45,259 nt of DNA, from the NCBI GenBank assembly GCA_021399345.1, contig JAAFKI010000067.1, forward strand, positions 1-45,259. Direction: 5' to 3'. Under the pieces are notes generated by a model. That model searched no databases and was not told where the DNA came from. It saw only the letters and a program-made list of their open reading frames with translations. Positions 8,663 through 18,764 of the stretch are shown one piece after another. Numbering within the stretch: position 1 is the first letter of the stretch; each line of letters begins with the position of its first letter. A program made the translations under genes and the position numbers. The DNA is from Candidatus Heimdallarchaeota archaeon (GTDB lineage Archaea; Asgardarchaeota; Heimdallarchaeia; Heimdallarchaeales; Heimdallarchaeaceae).

Positions 8663-9853
8663 TTGGTAGAGGAAGGTCACTGGGGTATTTACAAAAACAT
8701 AGAAAATATGCCTTTGGAAAGGTTTGATTCATTTAGAACTATAATTAATGAATTCAACACTAAAGTAGGTCATATTACACAATTTTCTCTTATTAGAGGA
8801 AATAGACCATTTGAACATAGTAATGATAAAGACGAAAGTTTTCATTCACCTAAGGATGATTCTTTCTGTAAAGTAGTTGAAGGTACTCTTCCTGCTGTTC
8901 TTCTATCAAAGGATTCAGAAAAAGTTGAAGACGCCCTTAGTATAAATTCTGTTAAATCAAAATTAACTGATTACAGAGCTATTTCCATAGTCAACTTGTT
9001 TACGCCTATGGCAAGGGTTCTCTATGATAATGTTCAACAAATAACTTCTATTCGAGATAAGAGCGTAGGGATTGGATTAGTACATCTGCTTACAAACCAT
9101 TATGATACACTTTCAGAAGTACCTATCAAGGAAGTTGAAAAACTTCTACTCACTACAAGGTTAGCACAGAAGAATTCAATTTCTGAACTTAAGTCTAAAT
9201 ATAATACAGAAAAACTAACTTTGCTTCATTTCTTTAACATTGGTGAAGAAGCAGGAGCTAGCATATGTCATTTACATTCACAGACCTACATTTATGCAAA
9301 TGAAATTGGACATGGATGGACATCTCTTGGCTTTCTAAGTGTTCCAGGCTTTCATAAGAAGCTAAAAAATAATATTAATTATTGTCTTGCTTGCGAGCTA
9401 TCAAAAGGAGATAAAAAAATCATAGATCCTATAGGACAAGATTTGCTTCTCAAAGAGAGAACAGTATTTGAAAATGATGATTGGTTAGTTGTAACAGCCT
9501 TTTCACCAGAAAGAGATGGTCAACTTAGAATATTTCCTAAAAGACACGTTTCACAATTTATCTATTTAGATGATAAACAAATAGCTGATTTAGCAGAGGC
9601 TATGGTCATTGCTAACAAAGCTCTTGACAACTTCATTAGAGGTACTAACCCAAGTATGCATTTATTGCAAGACAGAAATATTCTTTTCAGACAAGATAAT
9701 GTTGGATATGAATCGGGAATGCATTTAATCATAGATATTATTCCTATACAAAGAATTGGTGGAGCAGAAATTATGGAAACTTACAGAATAGCAACAATGT
9801 TTCCAGAAGATGTAGCTGCTATAATGAAGGAAAGCTTAAAAGATATCAAATAA
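8663..9853 (+). CDS. GalT-family (HIT superfamily) sugar-1-phosphate nucleotidylyltransferase
   Basis: FNIGEEAGASICHLHSQ (HxHxQ), CLAC, IFPKRH. TTG at 8663 lies 5 nt after a GGGTGA ribosome site; the ORF track starts at 8633. Confidence 0.8.
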   Translation: MVEEGHWGIYKNIENMPLERFDSFRTIINEFNTKVGHITQFSLIRGNRPFEHSNDKDESFHSPKDDSFCKVVEGTLPAVLLSKDSEKVEDALSINSVKSKLTDYRAISIVNLFTPMARVLYDNVQQITSIRDKSVGIGLVHLLTNHYDTLSEVPIKEVEKLLLTTRLAQKNSISELKSKYNTEKLTLLHFFNIGEEAGASICHLHSQTYIYANEIGHGWTSLGFLSVPGFHKKLKNNINYCLACELSKGDKKIIDPIGQDLLLKERTVFENDDWLVVTAFSPERDGQLRIFPKRHVSQFIYLDDKQIADLAEAMVIANKALDNFIRGTNPSMHLLQDRNILFRQDNVGYESGMHLIIDIIPIQRIGGAEIMETYRIATMFPEDVAAIMKESLKDIK

Positions 9854-9875
9854 GCACAATATTGGGGTAACAACC

Positions 9876-11018
9876 ATGGAGAATAGAGAGTCTGTAACAG
9901 CAGTTTTCATTTTACATGCTTACCAACCAATTACACAAAAAAGAGAGATTCTAGATAGAATCATTACTAATTGTTATATTCCCTTCTTCGAGAATCTGCT
10001 AAAAAATAAGAACACTAAAATTACACTAAATATTACTGGATGTCTTTTGGAAAAATTAGCTGTAGATTATCCAGATGTTTTAGTGTTAATTGAGAAAGCG
10101 ATATTAGCTAATCAAATAGAAATAATGGGTTCAGCTTTCTACCATCCGATTTTACCTATGACTTCTATTGATAATCAAAAATATCAAATTGGGAAGCAGA
10201 AGGATTATATTCGAAATATCTTAGGTTTGAATACAAGAGTTTTCTTTCCTCCTGAATTAGCTGTATCTGAAGATATCATTCCACAGATTATAGAGAAGAA
10301 TTATGATATTATTGTAGTTCCAGAAAATAGTTATTACCAATTAATAGGAGGGAATTATGTCTTAGAAAATGGAAAATCCATTTTAACGATCAAGAGAGAT
10401 AAAGAAATTAGTAACAAAATTTCCTTTAATCATTTCAAAAGAGATGTTACTTCAGGATTAAGGGAACTTCAAATAAAATATAAAATGAGAGATTATCCAA
10501 TAGTTTTAGCTATGGACTTAGAAACGTTTGGTGAACACCATGACGAATACTATGATTTTTTCTTTGAGTTAGCAGCTATGGTAGAAACAGTCACATTATC
10601 CAAATGTGCTGCAAACTATCCTATAACTCGTGTAATTTCAAATATTACATCTTCTTCATGGTCAACTTCTGAAGAGGATTTGGAAGATGATATCCCTTAC
10701 CCACTTTGGGATCATCCTGCAAACCCTGTCCATCAGCTGCAACATACTCATCTGAGATTACTGGATCAAATAAAGCAATATCTGGCAAGTGGAGATTGGC
10801 TAGATGACTATCATGCTGCGCAGTATTCATGCCAGTTCTGGTGGGCATCTCGATATAGTTGGGGACCTGAATTAATTCATACTGGTCTAAAATATCAGCG
10901 AAATACTTTAGGTAAAATGATTGAGGATTTATCAGAGGATTCGCAACAAATAATTTTTAACCTATCAAATGACATAATTAAAAGAATAGTAGACATTGTA
11001 GCAAAAATAGAGGAATAA
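9876..11018 (+). CDS. Glycoside hydrolase family 57 (amylase/glucanotransferase-like)
   Basis: HAYQP, YHPILP, FFPPELA (nucleophile Glu), AMDLETFGEH (acid/base Asp) and SSW motifs. Confidence 0.9.
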   Translation: MENRESVTAVFILHAYQPITQKREILDRIITNCYIPFFENLLKNKNTKITLNITGCLLEKLAVDYPDVLVLIEKAILANQIEIMGSAFYHPILPMTSIDNQKYQIGKQKDYIRNILGLNTRVFFPPELAVSEDIIPQIIEKNYDIIVVPENSYYQLIGGNYVLENGKSILTIKRDKEISNKISFNHFKRDVTSGLRELQIKYKMRDYPIVLAMDLETFGEHHDEYYDFFFELAAMVETVTLSKCAANYPITRVISNITSSSWSTSEEDLEDDIPYPLWDHPANPVHQLQHTHLRLLDQIKQYLASGDWLDDYHAAQYSCQFWWASRYSWGPELIHTGLKYQRNTLGKMIEDLSEDSQQIIFNLSNDIIKRIVDIVAKIEE

Positions 11019-11020
11019 AA

Positions 11021-12493
11021 ATGAAGATAGTATTTGTATCTGCTGAAGTTGTACCTTATTCAAAAACAGGTGGATTAGGAGACGTTTCATCTGCAATACC
11101 AAAAGCAATGGAACAACTTGGACATAATGTAACCATATTCACACCTTTGTACAAAAGTATAGATGTTAAAAAGCATAATATCAAATTAGTTAAGAAAGAT
11201 CTTTTAGCACCTATTGGTGATAAAGTAGAAGTTGTTTTCGATTTATATGAAACTACTCATCCCGATAGTGAAATCTCAGTCTATTTCATAAAAAACACTT
11301 ATCTTTATCGCGATGGCATATATGTTGGTGAGGACGGTGAGGATTACCCAGACAGTCCCATTAGATTCATCAGTTTTATGAAATCAATATTTACAGCTTT
11401 AGAGCTACTAGAAGCACCTATCGACATATTCCATGTAAATGACTGGCATTCTGGATTATTACCTTTCTTCTTAAAGACTGAGTATGGTGAACACAATTTA
11501 TTCAAAAGTTCTAAATCGGTTTTTACCATCCATAATATTGGGTATCAAGGAGTATATGGTTTTGAGACAATTGAAGATGTTAACATTCCTGAAATATATC
11601 TGGATGATGACCTTTTAGGTTTCCATGGTCTCATAAATTTCATGAAAGCTGGAATCGTTTATACTGATGTTCTCACCACTGTAAGTTCAAAATATGCTGA
11701 AGAGATTCAAACTAAGCAATTTGGATATGGGTTGGAGAAGATAATTCAAACAAGAAAAGATGATCTTTATGGAATTGTTCATGGAATTGATCTTGCTGTA
11801 TGGAATCCAAAAACCGATGAATTAATTCCGAAAAAATATGATTCTAGGAACCTGAAGGGGAAAGAAGATTGCAAGAATTATCTCCAAGATAAGCTTAATC
11901 TAAATGTATCTGATAAACCCATGTTAGGTATAATTACAAGATTAGCAACTCAAAAAGGATTGGATTTAATCTTAAAGAAGTTCACTAAAATTATGGATCT
12001 TGGTGTTCAGTTCGTTCTACTAGGAACAGGAGATCCAAAATTAGAGAAGAGCTTCAAAAATAAAGAAAAGAAATACCCTCAAGATTGTTCAATTAACATT
12101 GAATTTGATAACAGATTAGCACATCAAATTGAAGCAGCTTCAGATTTCTTTCTAATGCCAAGTAAATACGAACCATGTGGGTTGAATCAACTGTACTCCA
12201 TGCTCTATGGAGCTGTTCCAATAGTCAGGAAAACAGGAGGATTAGCAGATACAGTTCAAGATTATAACGAAGAAACAGGAGAAGGATCAGGTTTTGTATT
12301 TGAAAGAATCAATGCTGATCGTTTCTTTGAAGCAGTAGAAAGAGGAGTAAAACTCTATAAAGAAGACAAAGGAAAGTTTACAAAGTTGCAGAAGAACATA
12401 ATGAACAAAGACTTTTCTTGGAAAAATGCAGCTAAGCAATGGCAAAAAGTCTATTTGAAAGCAAAAATTAAGAAAATGAAAAAGATTATCTAA
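11021..12493 (+). CDS. glgA: Glycogen synthase (GT5)
   Basis: KTGGLGDV, HVNDWHS, TIHNIGYQG and MPSKYEPCGLNQL motifs. Confidence 0.95.
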   Translation: MKIVFVSAEVVPYSKTGGLGDVSSAIPKAMEQLGHNVTIFTPLYKSIDVKKHNIKLVKKDLLAPIGDKVEVVFDLYETTHPDSEISVYFIKNTYLYRDGIYVGEDGEDYPDSPIRFISFMKSIFTALELLEAPIDIFHVNDWHSGLLPFFLKTEYGEHNLFKSSKSVFTIHNIGYQGVYGFETIEDVNIPEIYLDDDLLGFHGLINFMKAGIVYTDVLTTVSSKYAEEIQTKQFGYGLEKIIQTRKDDLYGIVHGIDLAVWNPKTDELIPKKYDSRNLKGKEDCKNYLQDKLNLNVSDKPMLGIITRLATQKGLDLILKKFTKIMDLGVQFVLLGTGDPKLEKSFKNKEKKYPQDCSINIEFDNRLAHQIEAASDFFLMPSKYEPCGLNQLYSMLYGAVPIVRKTGGLADTVQDYNEETGEGSGFVFERINADRFFEAVERGVKLYKEDKGKFTKLQKNIMNKDFSWKNAAKQWQKVYLKAKIKKMKKII

Positions 12494-14214
12494 GGAAGCT
12501 CAAACCATTTATAGACATCCTGTTCCCAAGCGATACTATCTTCCTTCTCTATTTTTTCAAGCAATTGATATTCAGTAGTAGACAAACTTTCAGTTTTACA
12601 TTTCTTAAAAAGAACTAATAATTTTTTGAAATGCTCATAGTGTGTTGTAATTCTATGTTCTGCATAGTCACGAGCTGCCCAAGTCGATATAAGAAACTCC
12701 CAGTCTGAAGAGGATAGTAAGAATAACTCTCTACCTAATTGATTAATAAGCCTTTTAGCAACATCAAATAGAGGGTAGTTAGTGTTTTTGAATTCCTCAA
12801 TTGCTTCCAGATAAAGATCTTCTACTTCGTAAATATATTTCCAGCACCACTTAGTGTTATCATTCAGCCAAATCCAATGAAAATTCCCTTCTCCCCACGA
12901 TCCCTCAGGTAGAGAGACAAATGTTTCTTTATCAGGTGGATACAATTTTAGATAATTCTTACTAGTCGTAGTTTCTATTTCATCATCATTGTAAACATGT
13001 TTGAGTACTCTTTCTAGAAACCCGATCCCCTCCATCCACCAATGTCCGAACAGCTCAAAATCATACGGACTTACAAGAATTCCTGGTTCTTTTGTGTTAT
13101 TGTAATTTTCTATAAGAGTTTCTTTAGTTATTTTGAAGAAATGTTCAGAATTTTCATCCAATCTCTCAACTGTTTTTTGGTCATTATAGATTTCCTTGTT
13201 ACCTAAATCTACATCCTTACCAGTAGTTCGCCAATATCTGTTTCCACTTGGAAAATGCTTTTTGTGAAATTCTAAGTAATATTCATCACCTGGGAAACCA
13301 ATATCTCCTGACCAAACCATTACTCCAGTCTTTGTATCTCTTGTAAAGAAATTGATTTCATTATCATATTCTTTAGAATCTTCAACAATATACGGTCTGT
13401 AAGGTGTTAGATCATATCCTTGAATCTCCGGTTTTTCTTTTTCAAATTGATTCCAAAGTAATTTCAATGCATCAAATCTATCAAGATAAGCTCCTATTCC
13501 CTTTCCACCTTTCAGCAGAGGTGTATCAACGAGGAAGTATTTGACATTGTTTTTCTGTAGATAATAGTCTACACCCTTTCGATCTATAACTTCTCCTGTA
13601 ACTGGATTTTTCCATTTATAACCAGGTCTATAAGCTAATTCAGGAAGCCAAAAACCTTGAGAATCATTTCCTCCATATCGATGTTTGTAAATGCTTTGCC
13701 CTGCTTTGATTTGAGCGTTAACAGTTTCTTCTTTTCCAAGAAGCGGAAGATATCCATGAGTTAGACCACTAGTGATAATCTCTATGACTTCTTTATCTTG
13801 AAGATGTCTATAACCATCAGTTAGGTTTCGGTTGAATCTTTCAACGAATTGCTGTCTTACGGAAGAGTAGTAGTTTGCCCATCTTTCTGCAAGATGTGCT
13901 AAATCACTTTCACCTATCCAATTAAAATGATCCTTATCTTTATAACTAGTATCAATCCTATCATTAAGATAATTCTCAAAACCCGCTTTGAATCTAGGAT
14001 GAGCCAATTGTTCAGTTAAAACCGGAGTTAAACCAATGGTTAGCAGATTTGAGAATCCTTCATTTTCACTTAGATTGGATAACATAGAAAGTGTGGGTGT
14101 ATAAGTTTCAGCTGCTGCTTCATATAACCACACCTCTCCATGGGGCCAAACTCCTTGTTCTAAGACAAAGGGTAAGTGCCCATGTAGAACAAAATTGAGA
14201 TATCCTTTGGTCAT
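12490..14214 (-). CDS. GH57 1,4-alpha-glucan branching enzyme (DUF1957-containing)
   Basis: HGHLPFV, WLYEAAAETY, THGYLPLL, FWLPELA, YDFELFGHWWMEG and SSDWEF motifs. Confidence 0.93.
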   Translation of the reverse strand: MTKGYLNFVLHGHLPFVLEQGVWPHGEVWLYEAAAETYTPTLSMLSNLSENEGFSNLLTIGLTPVLTEQLAHPRFKAGFENYLNDRIDTSYKDKDHFNWIGESDLAHLAERWANYYSSVRQQFVERFNRNLTDGYRHLQDKEVIEIITSGLTHGYLPLLGKEETVNAQIKAGQSIYKHRYGGNDSQGFWLPELAYRPGYKWKNPVTGEVIDRKGVDYYLQKNNVKYFLVDTPLLKGGKGIGAYLDRFDALKLLWNQFEKEKPEIQGYDLTPYRPYIVEDSKEYDNEINFFTRDTKTGVMVWSGDIGFPGDEYYLEFHKKHFPSGNRYWRTTGKDVDLGNKEIYNDQKTVERLDENSEHFFKITKETLIENYNNTKEPGILVSPYDFELFGHWWMEGIGFLERVLKHVYNDDEIETTTSKNYLKLYPPDKETFVSLPEGSWGEGNFHWIWLNDNTKWCWKYIYEVEDLYLEAIEEFKNTNYPLFDVAKRLINQLGRELFLLSSSDWEFLISTWAARDYAEHRITTHYEHFKKLLVLFKKCKTESLSTTEYQLLEKIEKEDSIAWEQDVYKWFELP

Positions 14215-14275
14215 TAAGAACTACTAAAAATACTCATTCTTTAATTTTGTTGAACAAAGGTAATTTTTGAAGGAC

Positions 14276-14416
14276 TCACAATAGGTTATGTGGATAATGT
14301 TGCCGAATGTTTAGTATAATTCCACAACTCATACAGAACTTTTCTCTTTTAGCTATTGGTCTCCCACACTTTAAACATACATTAATCTTATCTACTTCAT
14401 TTCTTACCTTTTTCAT
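14276..14416 (-). CDS. 46-aa zinc-ribbon microprotein (not in the ORF track)
   Basis: MKKVRNEVDKINVCLKCGRPIAKREKFCMSCGIILNIRQHYPHNLL*; CxxC-x10-CxxC; ATG 8 nt after the PGM-like stop. Confidence 0.75.
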   Translation of the reverse strand: MKKVRNEVDKINVCLKCGRPIAKREKFCMSCGIILNIRQHYPHNLL

Positions 14417-14424
14417 CTTATTTT

Positions 14425-15816
14425 TCAAGATAACTCACCATCAAGTGTTTCAACCATTTGATATGTTTCATTCATTATTCTTTCTCTATCTTCGCTATTC
14501 TCAGCACAGACTTTTATTATGATTCTACTCGGTATAATAGTGCTGAAGATATGGCTCCATTGTCTGTCACCATGAATGATCTTAACACCGTTTAATGTAT
14601 TTATTCTCATGTTTAGACTATCATCCTCATAAATTTTTTTTAAGAACAATTCTGGGTTCGAAACAAGTGAATAAGATTTCTCTTCGAATATCTCTTTATT
14701 GCATATATCTCGTTCTTCTACAAAGGTGGAAATATACTTGTGCCTTTCATCTCTTGCAAAAGATAACAAAAGTAAGAGAGTTGACATAAAGGGTTCAGAT
14801 TCATTAGAAATCGTTGGGTGAATGTAATTACCTTGTTCATTAGCACCAAACATTGCTCTGTGAAACTGTATTGTTTTGGCAAGTTCTCCAGGAAAATCAT
14901 TCGAAAAGATTACCTCTATCCCATTGTCTTTGAGCCATGTTTCAAGAGGCCATAATGTATGAGATAGAACAACTTTCCCTTTCTTTCTTCCAATCATCTT
15001 GTTCTGGAGAAGAATTGTTACAATTATACAAGGATCTATCATTCTACCATGTTCGTCTAGGTAAAGAGCTCTTGAACCGCTAGGATCAAATGCTATCCCT
15101 AAATCACCATTTGCTGCCACGATTGTCCTAGATAATATTGATAGTGATATTGGACTAGGTAAGGATTCAGGTATTCCTTCTGGTTTGAAAGCATTTAATG
15201 TAAGTACATTGCATCCTTGCTCAGCTAGAATATTCGGAAAAACTTCTGCCATTGGTCCAAAGGCACAATCTACAACAACTGAATAATTCTGCTGTTTCAA
15301 AATTTCTGTTCCTACAGCAGAACTAATAGCTGCTCTATAGAGATCATTAGCTTGTTTTACAGATAAAATATCAGCTATTTTTTGAGGTTGAGATCTTTGA
15401 ATTTTTATTTGAGAAACTTTGTTTTTTGAAAAAATATCAGGAAAGGGAATTTCGACACCTGTTTGATCAAAAATTCTTATGTTGATCTTATTTGATGTTC
15501 TATGTGCAGCTGCTAGATGAATTCCCGCATGAGCACTAAAACGTCTAAGAGCAAATTGAACGACAGGTAGAGAACTAGCATGCAGATCAAAAACAGTTGT
15601 TCCTACACTAATCAAACCAGAACTAAATGCTCTGCTAATCATTCTAGTATCTTTTCGAAAATCTCTTGCAGAAACAACAACTGCTTCCTCTCCTCCCAGA
15701 TAACTTCCTAACAACGCTCCGAGAGTAGCAGCTCTTTCAGGAGACAATTCACTAGCTGTCCCTGAAAGCCTGTTCTTACGGATTAAATCGGAAAAATCAT
15801 GATTATCTGCAGTCAT
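14425..15816 (-). CDS. Phosphohexomutase (PGM/PMM)-fold protein with degenerate catalytic motifs
   Basis: ARDFRKDTRMISRAFSSGL, VVVDCAFG and GANEQG mark the fold. The SHN motif reads AAHR and DxDxDR reads DPSGSR. Confidence 0.82.
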   Translation of the reverse strand: MTADNHDFSDLIRKNRLSGTASELSPERAATLGALLGSYLGGEEAVVVSARDFRKDTRMISRAFSSGLISVGTTVFDLHASSLPVVQFALRRFSAHAGIHLAAAHRTSNKINIRIFDQTGVEIPFPDIFSKNKVSQIKIQRSQPQKIADILSVKQANDLYRAAISSAVGTEILKQQNYSVVVDCAFGPMAEVFPNILAEQGCNVLTLNAFKPEGIPESLPSPISLSILSRTIVAANGDLGIAFDPSGSRALYLDEHGRMIDPCIIVTILLQNKMIGRKKGKVVLSHTLWPLETWLKDNGIEVIFSNDFPGELAKTIQFHRAMFGANEQGNYIHPTISNESEPFMSTLLLLLSFARDERHKYISTFVEERDICNKEIFEEKSYSLVSNPELFLKKIYEDDSLNMRINTLNGVKIIHGDRQWSHIFSTIIPSRIIIKVCAENSEDRERIMNETYQMVETLDGELS

Positions 15817-15884
15817 TCAATAAAAATATGATTCTATGTTTTTTAAATGTGTTTGAGAAAAAAGATAAATAAAAGAGAATTTGA

Positions 15885-18146
15885 TTATTTTTTCAATCGC
15901 TTTCTTATTCTGAAAATAACCATCATACTCGATGTAAATAGAATAGGTATTGTGAACAGAAAATCAGTTTTTGTTGGTGTGGGTGTAGGTGTAGGTGTGA
16001 CAGGTTCTTTTGGATTTAAGGGAAAAATATCAACAGAATAACCATAACCTCCAATCCTATATGCGTAGCTTTCAATATTCGACCACCAATTACCTTCTTG
16101 AGTGATAATATCGTACCATGTGTTATTGTACCCGTCATCCCAACCTTGAGATTTCATACCTGTAACATCATTCACTTGGTTATTTATGAAATAATTATGG
16201 TGAACCAAGTTATGATCACAACGAATATCTAGAGATATGCCATATTCTAAATTTTCTCTAAATGTGTTGTAAGTAAATGTGCAATAATCAGAAATCTTAG
16301 CTTTAATTCCAAAGAAATTGTAGCTAATATTGTTTGAATAAAATTCTACTCTTAAGATATTAATCATGAAGACCCCATCCACATTGTTATTCAGCATTTT
16401 CGATTCATATACATAGACGTCATTAACAAATGCAAAATATAATCCCCGTTCAGCAAAAGCACAAGTAGTGTTGTAAATAATCATATCAGAAGTATAGTAT
16501 GCAAAGAGATTCATAAAGGCATTTTGCTGAAATATTGAGCTGGATACATTTACGTTTTCAGTATATCGTAATTCCAAACCCCAAACATTAAATTCACAGA
16601 TGTTATTGTCAATACTAACATTGTCACAGTAACTAATCTCCATTCCGTCATCTAAATTATTAGAAATGATGTTATTATTAATTTCCAAAGAACTGACGTA
16701 AACTGCTATAATACCATCTATGTTATCTTCGATTCTATTATCTGAGATTGTTATATCATTGCATCCGAATACAACTATACTTGTAATCATATTTGTTAAT
16801 ACAGAATTAAAAATACTGCAGGAATTGGAAAACGCGAAGATTATTCCTATCTGAGTGTCATTAATGGTTTGATTATGTATTTCTATATTTGAAGAGTTTA
16901 TGACTAGAATCTCTCCGTATTGTACCGCTCCAGATAGAACTAAGCTGTGATTATTAAAGAAGAATCCTAATGGTTTGTCATTTACAGTGTTATTTTCAAC
17001 AATATAAGTAGCTAGAATTTCGATATCTGCATTCTCAATAACCAATCCATCACTATAAAATACATTATTGCTTATTGTCATATTGGGAGAGTTGTAGAAG
17101 TTCAAACCGTTTGAATTATTGTTGAATGTGTTTGAATCGATTATTATTTTGTTAGAATTAAAAACATCAATTCCATGACCTAAGTTTGAATCAAAGATGT
17201 TATTATGAAATGTACAATTTGAGCTCTCATAAGTGTAAAGTCCGAAAAGTGTTCTAACAAAGTTTTGATTCTCAATAAAAACATTGGAACAGTTGAATAG
17301 GAAAATTTGCCCGTACTCTGTATCAGTTAGGTAAAGAGATTCAACGTTTTTGAAATAACCTATTTTTTGGTTATTTACTTTATTTTCAAGAAATTCATAA
17401 AGTAAGTATGACTCTAGGCTTTCCTCATATATTCTCACACCATTATTTTCAAAGGTGCTATTATAAACAAAAGAACCATTAGCTCTGAGAAAATCCATCC
17501 CAAAGAAATTGTTGTTAATGAGAGAATTATTTGCGAATACACTACCTTGTATTTCTTGTCTCAAATACATCCCACTATTCAGATTAGATCCACAAGTATT
17601 ATTGAATATGTAACTATCTGGAGAGAATCGTACTTCCAATCCATATTGATTACCATTACAATAATTATTTTCTGCAGTGACTCCTTCAGATTCTAGAATA
17701 AGAATACCTGCATTTCCATTATTTTCACAGATATTATTGCTTACATTCCCAGTACCATTGTTAGCTTTTCGTATAAGAATTCCAGCAAAAAAAGAGTTTC
17801 TAACTACACAGTTCTGAATAACAAAATATTGTGTTACACTACTGACAAATATCCCATATCCTACAGAATCTTGAATAAGATAATCTTCTATTCGATATGG
17901 ATTATCAATTGATCCATTTCCAGGTAGCCCTAAGGTTACAAAATCTGCGTCAGAGTAAATATTGATTGGGAAAGAAGTTGTTAGCAATGAAATTTGGCTT
18001 GAAAAATTATCCTCAGTTTCTAGAGGAACTTCGCTTGTAATTGCAGTTGATTGATTGAAAATTATACTAATAATTAGAAGTGAGAATAGAGTAATAAATT
18101 TAATCATAAATCTTTTTTTCAATTGAAACATCTTCCTAATTAGCAT
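15885..18146 (-). CDS. Cell-surface right-handed parallel beta-helix (NosD/pectin-lyase-like) protein
   Basis: Signal peptide, GNGSIDNPYRI, many IxxNxxxxNxxGI repeats, PVTPTPTPTPT linker, C-terminal TM and RIRKRLKK tail. Confidence 0.88.
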   Translation of the reverse strand: MLIRKMFQLKKRFMIKFITLFSLLIISIIFNQSTAITSEVPLETEDNFSSQISLLTTSFPINIYSDADFVTLGLPGNGSIDNPYRIEDYLIQDSVGYGIFVSSVTQYFVIQNCVVRNSFFAGILIRKANNGTGNVSNNICENNGNAGILILESEGVTAENNYCNGNQYGLEVRFSPDSYIFNNTCGSNLNSGMYLRQEIQGSVFANNSLINNNFFGMDFLRANGSFVYNSTFENNGVRIYEESLESYLLYEFLENKVNNQKIGYFKNVESLYLTDTEYGQIFLFNCSNVFIENQNFVRTLFGLYTYESSNCTFHNNIFDSNLGHGIDVFNSNKIIIDSNTFNNNSNGLNFYNSPNMTISNNVFYSDGLVIENADIEILATYIVENNTVNDKPLGFFFNNHSLVLSGAVQYGEILVINSSNIEIHNQTINDTQIGIIFAFSNSCSIFNSVLTNMITSIVVFGCNDITISDNRIEDNIDGIIAVYVSSLEINNNIISNNLDDGMEISYCDNVSIDNNICEFNVWGLELRYTENVNVSSSIFQQNAFMNLFAYYTSDMIIYNTTCAFAERGLYFAFVNDVYVYESKMLNNNVDGVFMINILRVEFYSNNISYNFFGIKAKISDYCTFTYNTFRENLEYGISLDIRCDHNLVHHNYFINNQVNDVTGMKSQGWDDGYNNTWYDIITQEGNWWSNIESYAYRIGGYGYSVDIFPLNPKEPVTPTPTPTPTKTDFLFTIPILFTSSMMVIFRIRKRLKK
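15975..16001 (-). repeat. Pro-Thr linker repeat within the beta-helix gene
   Basis: Plus strand ggtgtg ggtgta ggtgta ggtgtg hexamer run encodes (TP)n on the minus strand. Confidence 0.8.
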
Positions 18147-18189
18147 GTTTAATGCTCAGCCACTTATATATATGTCTAAGTGCAAATTT

Positions 18190-18681
18190 TCAGTTAGTTC
18201 TCCTAAACATATTCCAGAAGTCTAGTTTTGCAAAAAATGATTTGAAATACTTCTTTTTTGAAATCAGAACTAAGACAAACAAGATTACTGAGCATATAGC
18301 AGAAAGTAGACAAAATTCACAGAAGAATTTAATTTTAAAAATCTCTACTGAAGTAAGATAGATTGAAAAACCTAATCCCCATAAACTCGCAACTGGGAGG
18401 AAGAAACTCAACCAATATTCATTCTTGTTGAACAATGCTAGAAATAGTAGTGTAATGAAAATTAGATAAAAAATTACTCCCCAGAGACTTACATGAACAC
18501 CCAAGAATTTTGCATAAGGACTGGTATTTACTGTTTCACACTGGAAAATACCTTGATTAATTAAACAATGAAAATTTCCTGAAAGTTCCATATACAAAAG
18601 ATAGAGTGCATCAAGAAAGGCGAGTAAAGAAACCACTATGGAGGCTTGCAAAAGTGTTTTAACAAGTTTTTTTTCTTCCAT
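18190..18681 (-). CDS. Vitamin K epoxide reductase (VKOR) family protein
   Basis: Loop cysteines CLINQGIFQCETVNTSPYA, CEFC active site, 4 TMs. ATG 18681 is preferred to TTG 18702. Confidence 0.92.
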   Translation of the reverse strand: MEEKKLVKTLLQASIVVSLLAFLDALYLLYMELSGNFHCLINQGIFQCETVNTSPYAKFLGVHVSLWGVIFYLIFITLLFLALFNKNEYWLSFFLPVASLWGLGFSIYLTSVEIFKIKFFCEFCLLSAICSVILFVLVLISKKKYFKSFFAKLDFWNMFRRTN

Positions 18682-18764
18682 TCGCCTTACTGTGAAGGAC
18701 AAATTATATAAAGGATGTTAACTTATGTAGTTATTGATAATAAAATAGTTAGAAGGGGTTCAAA

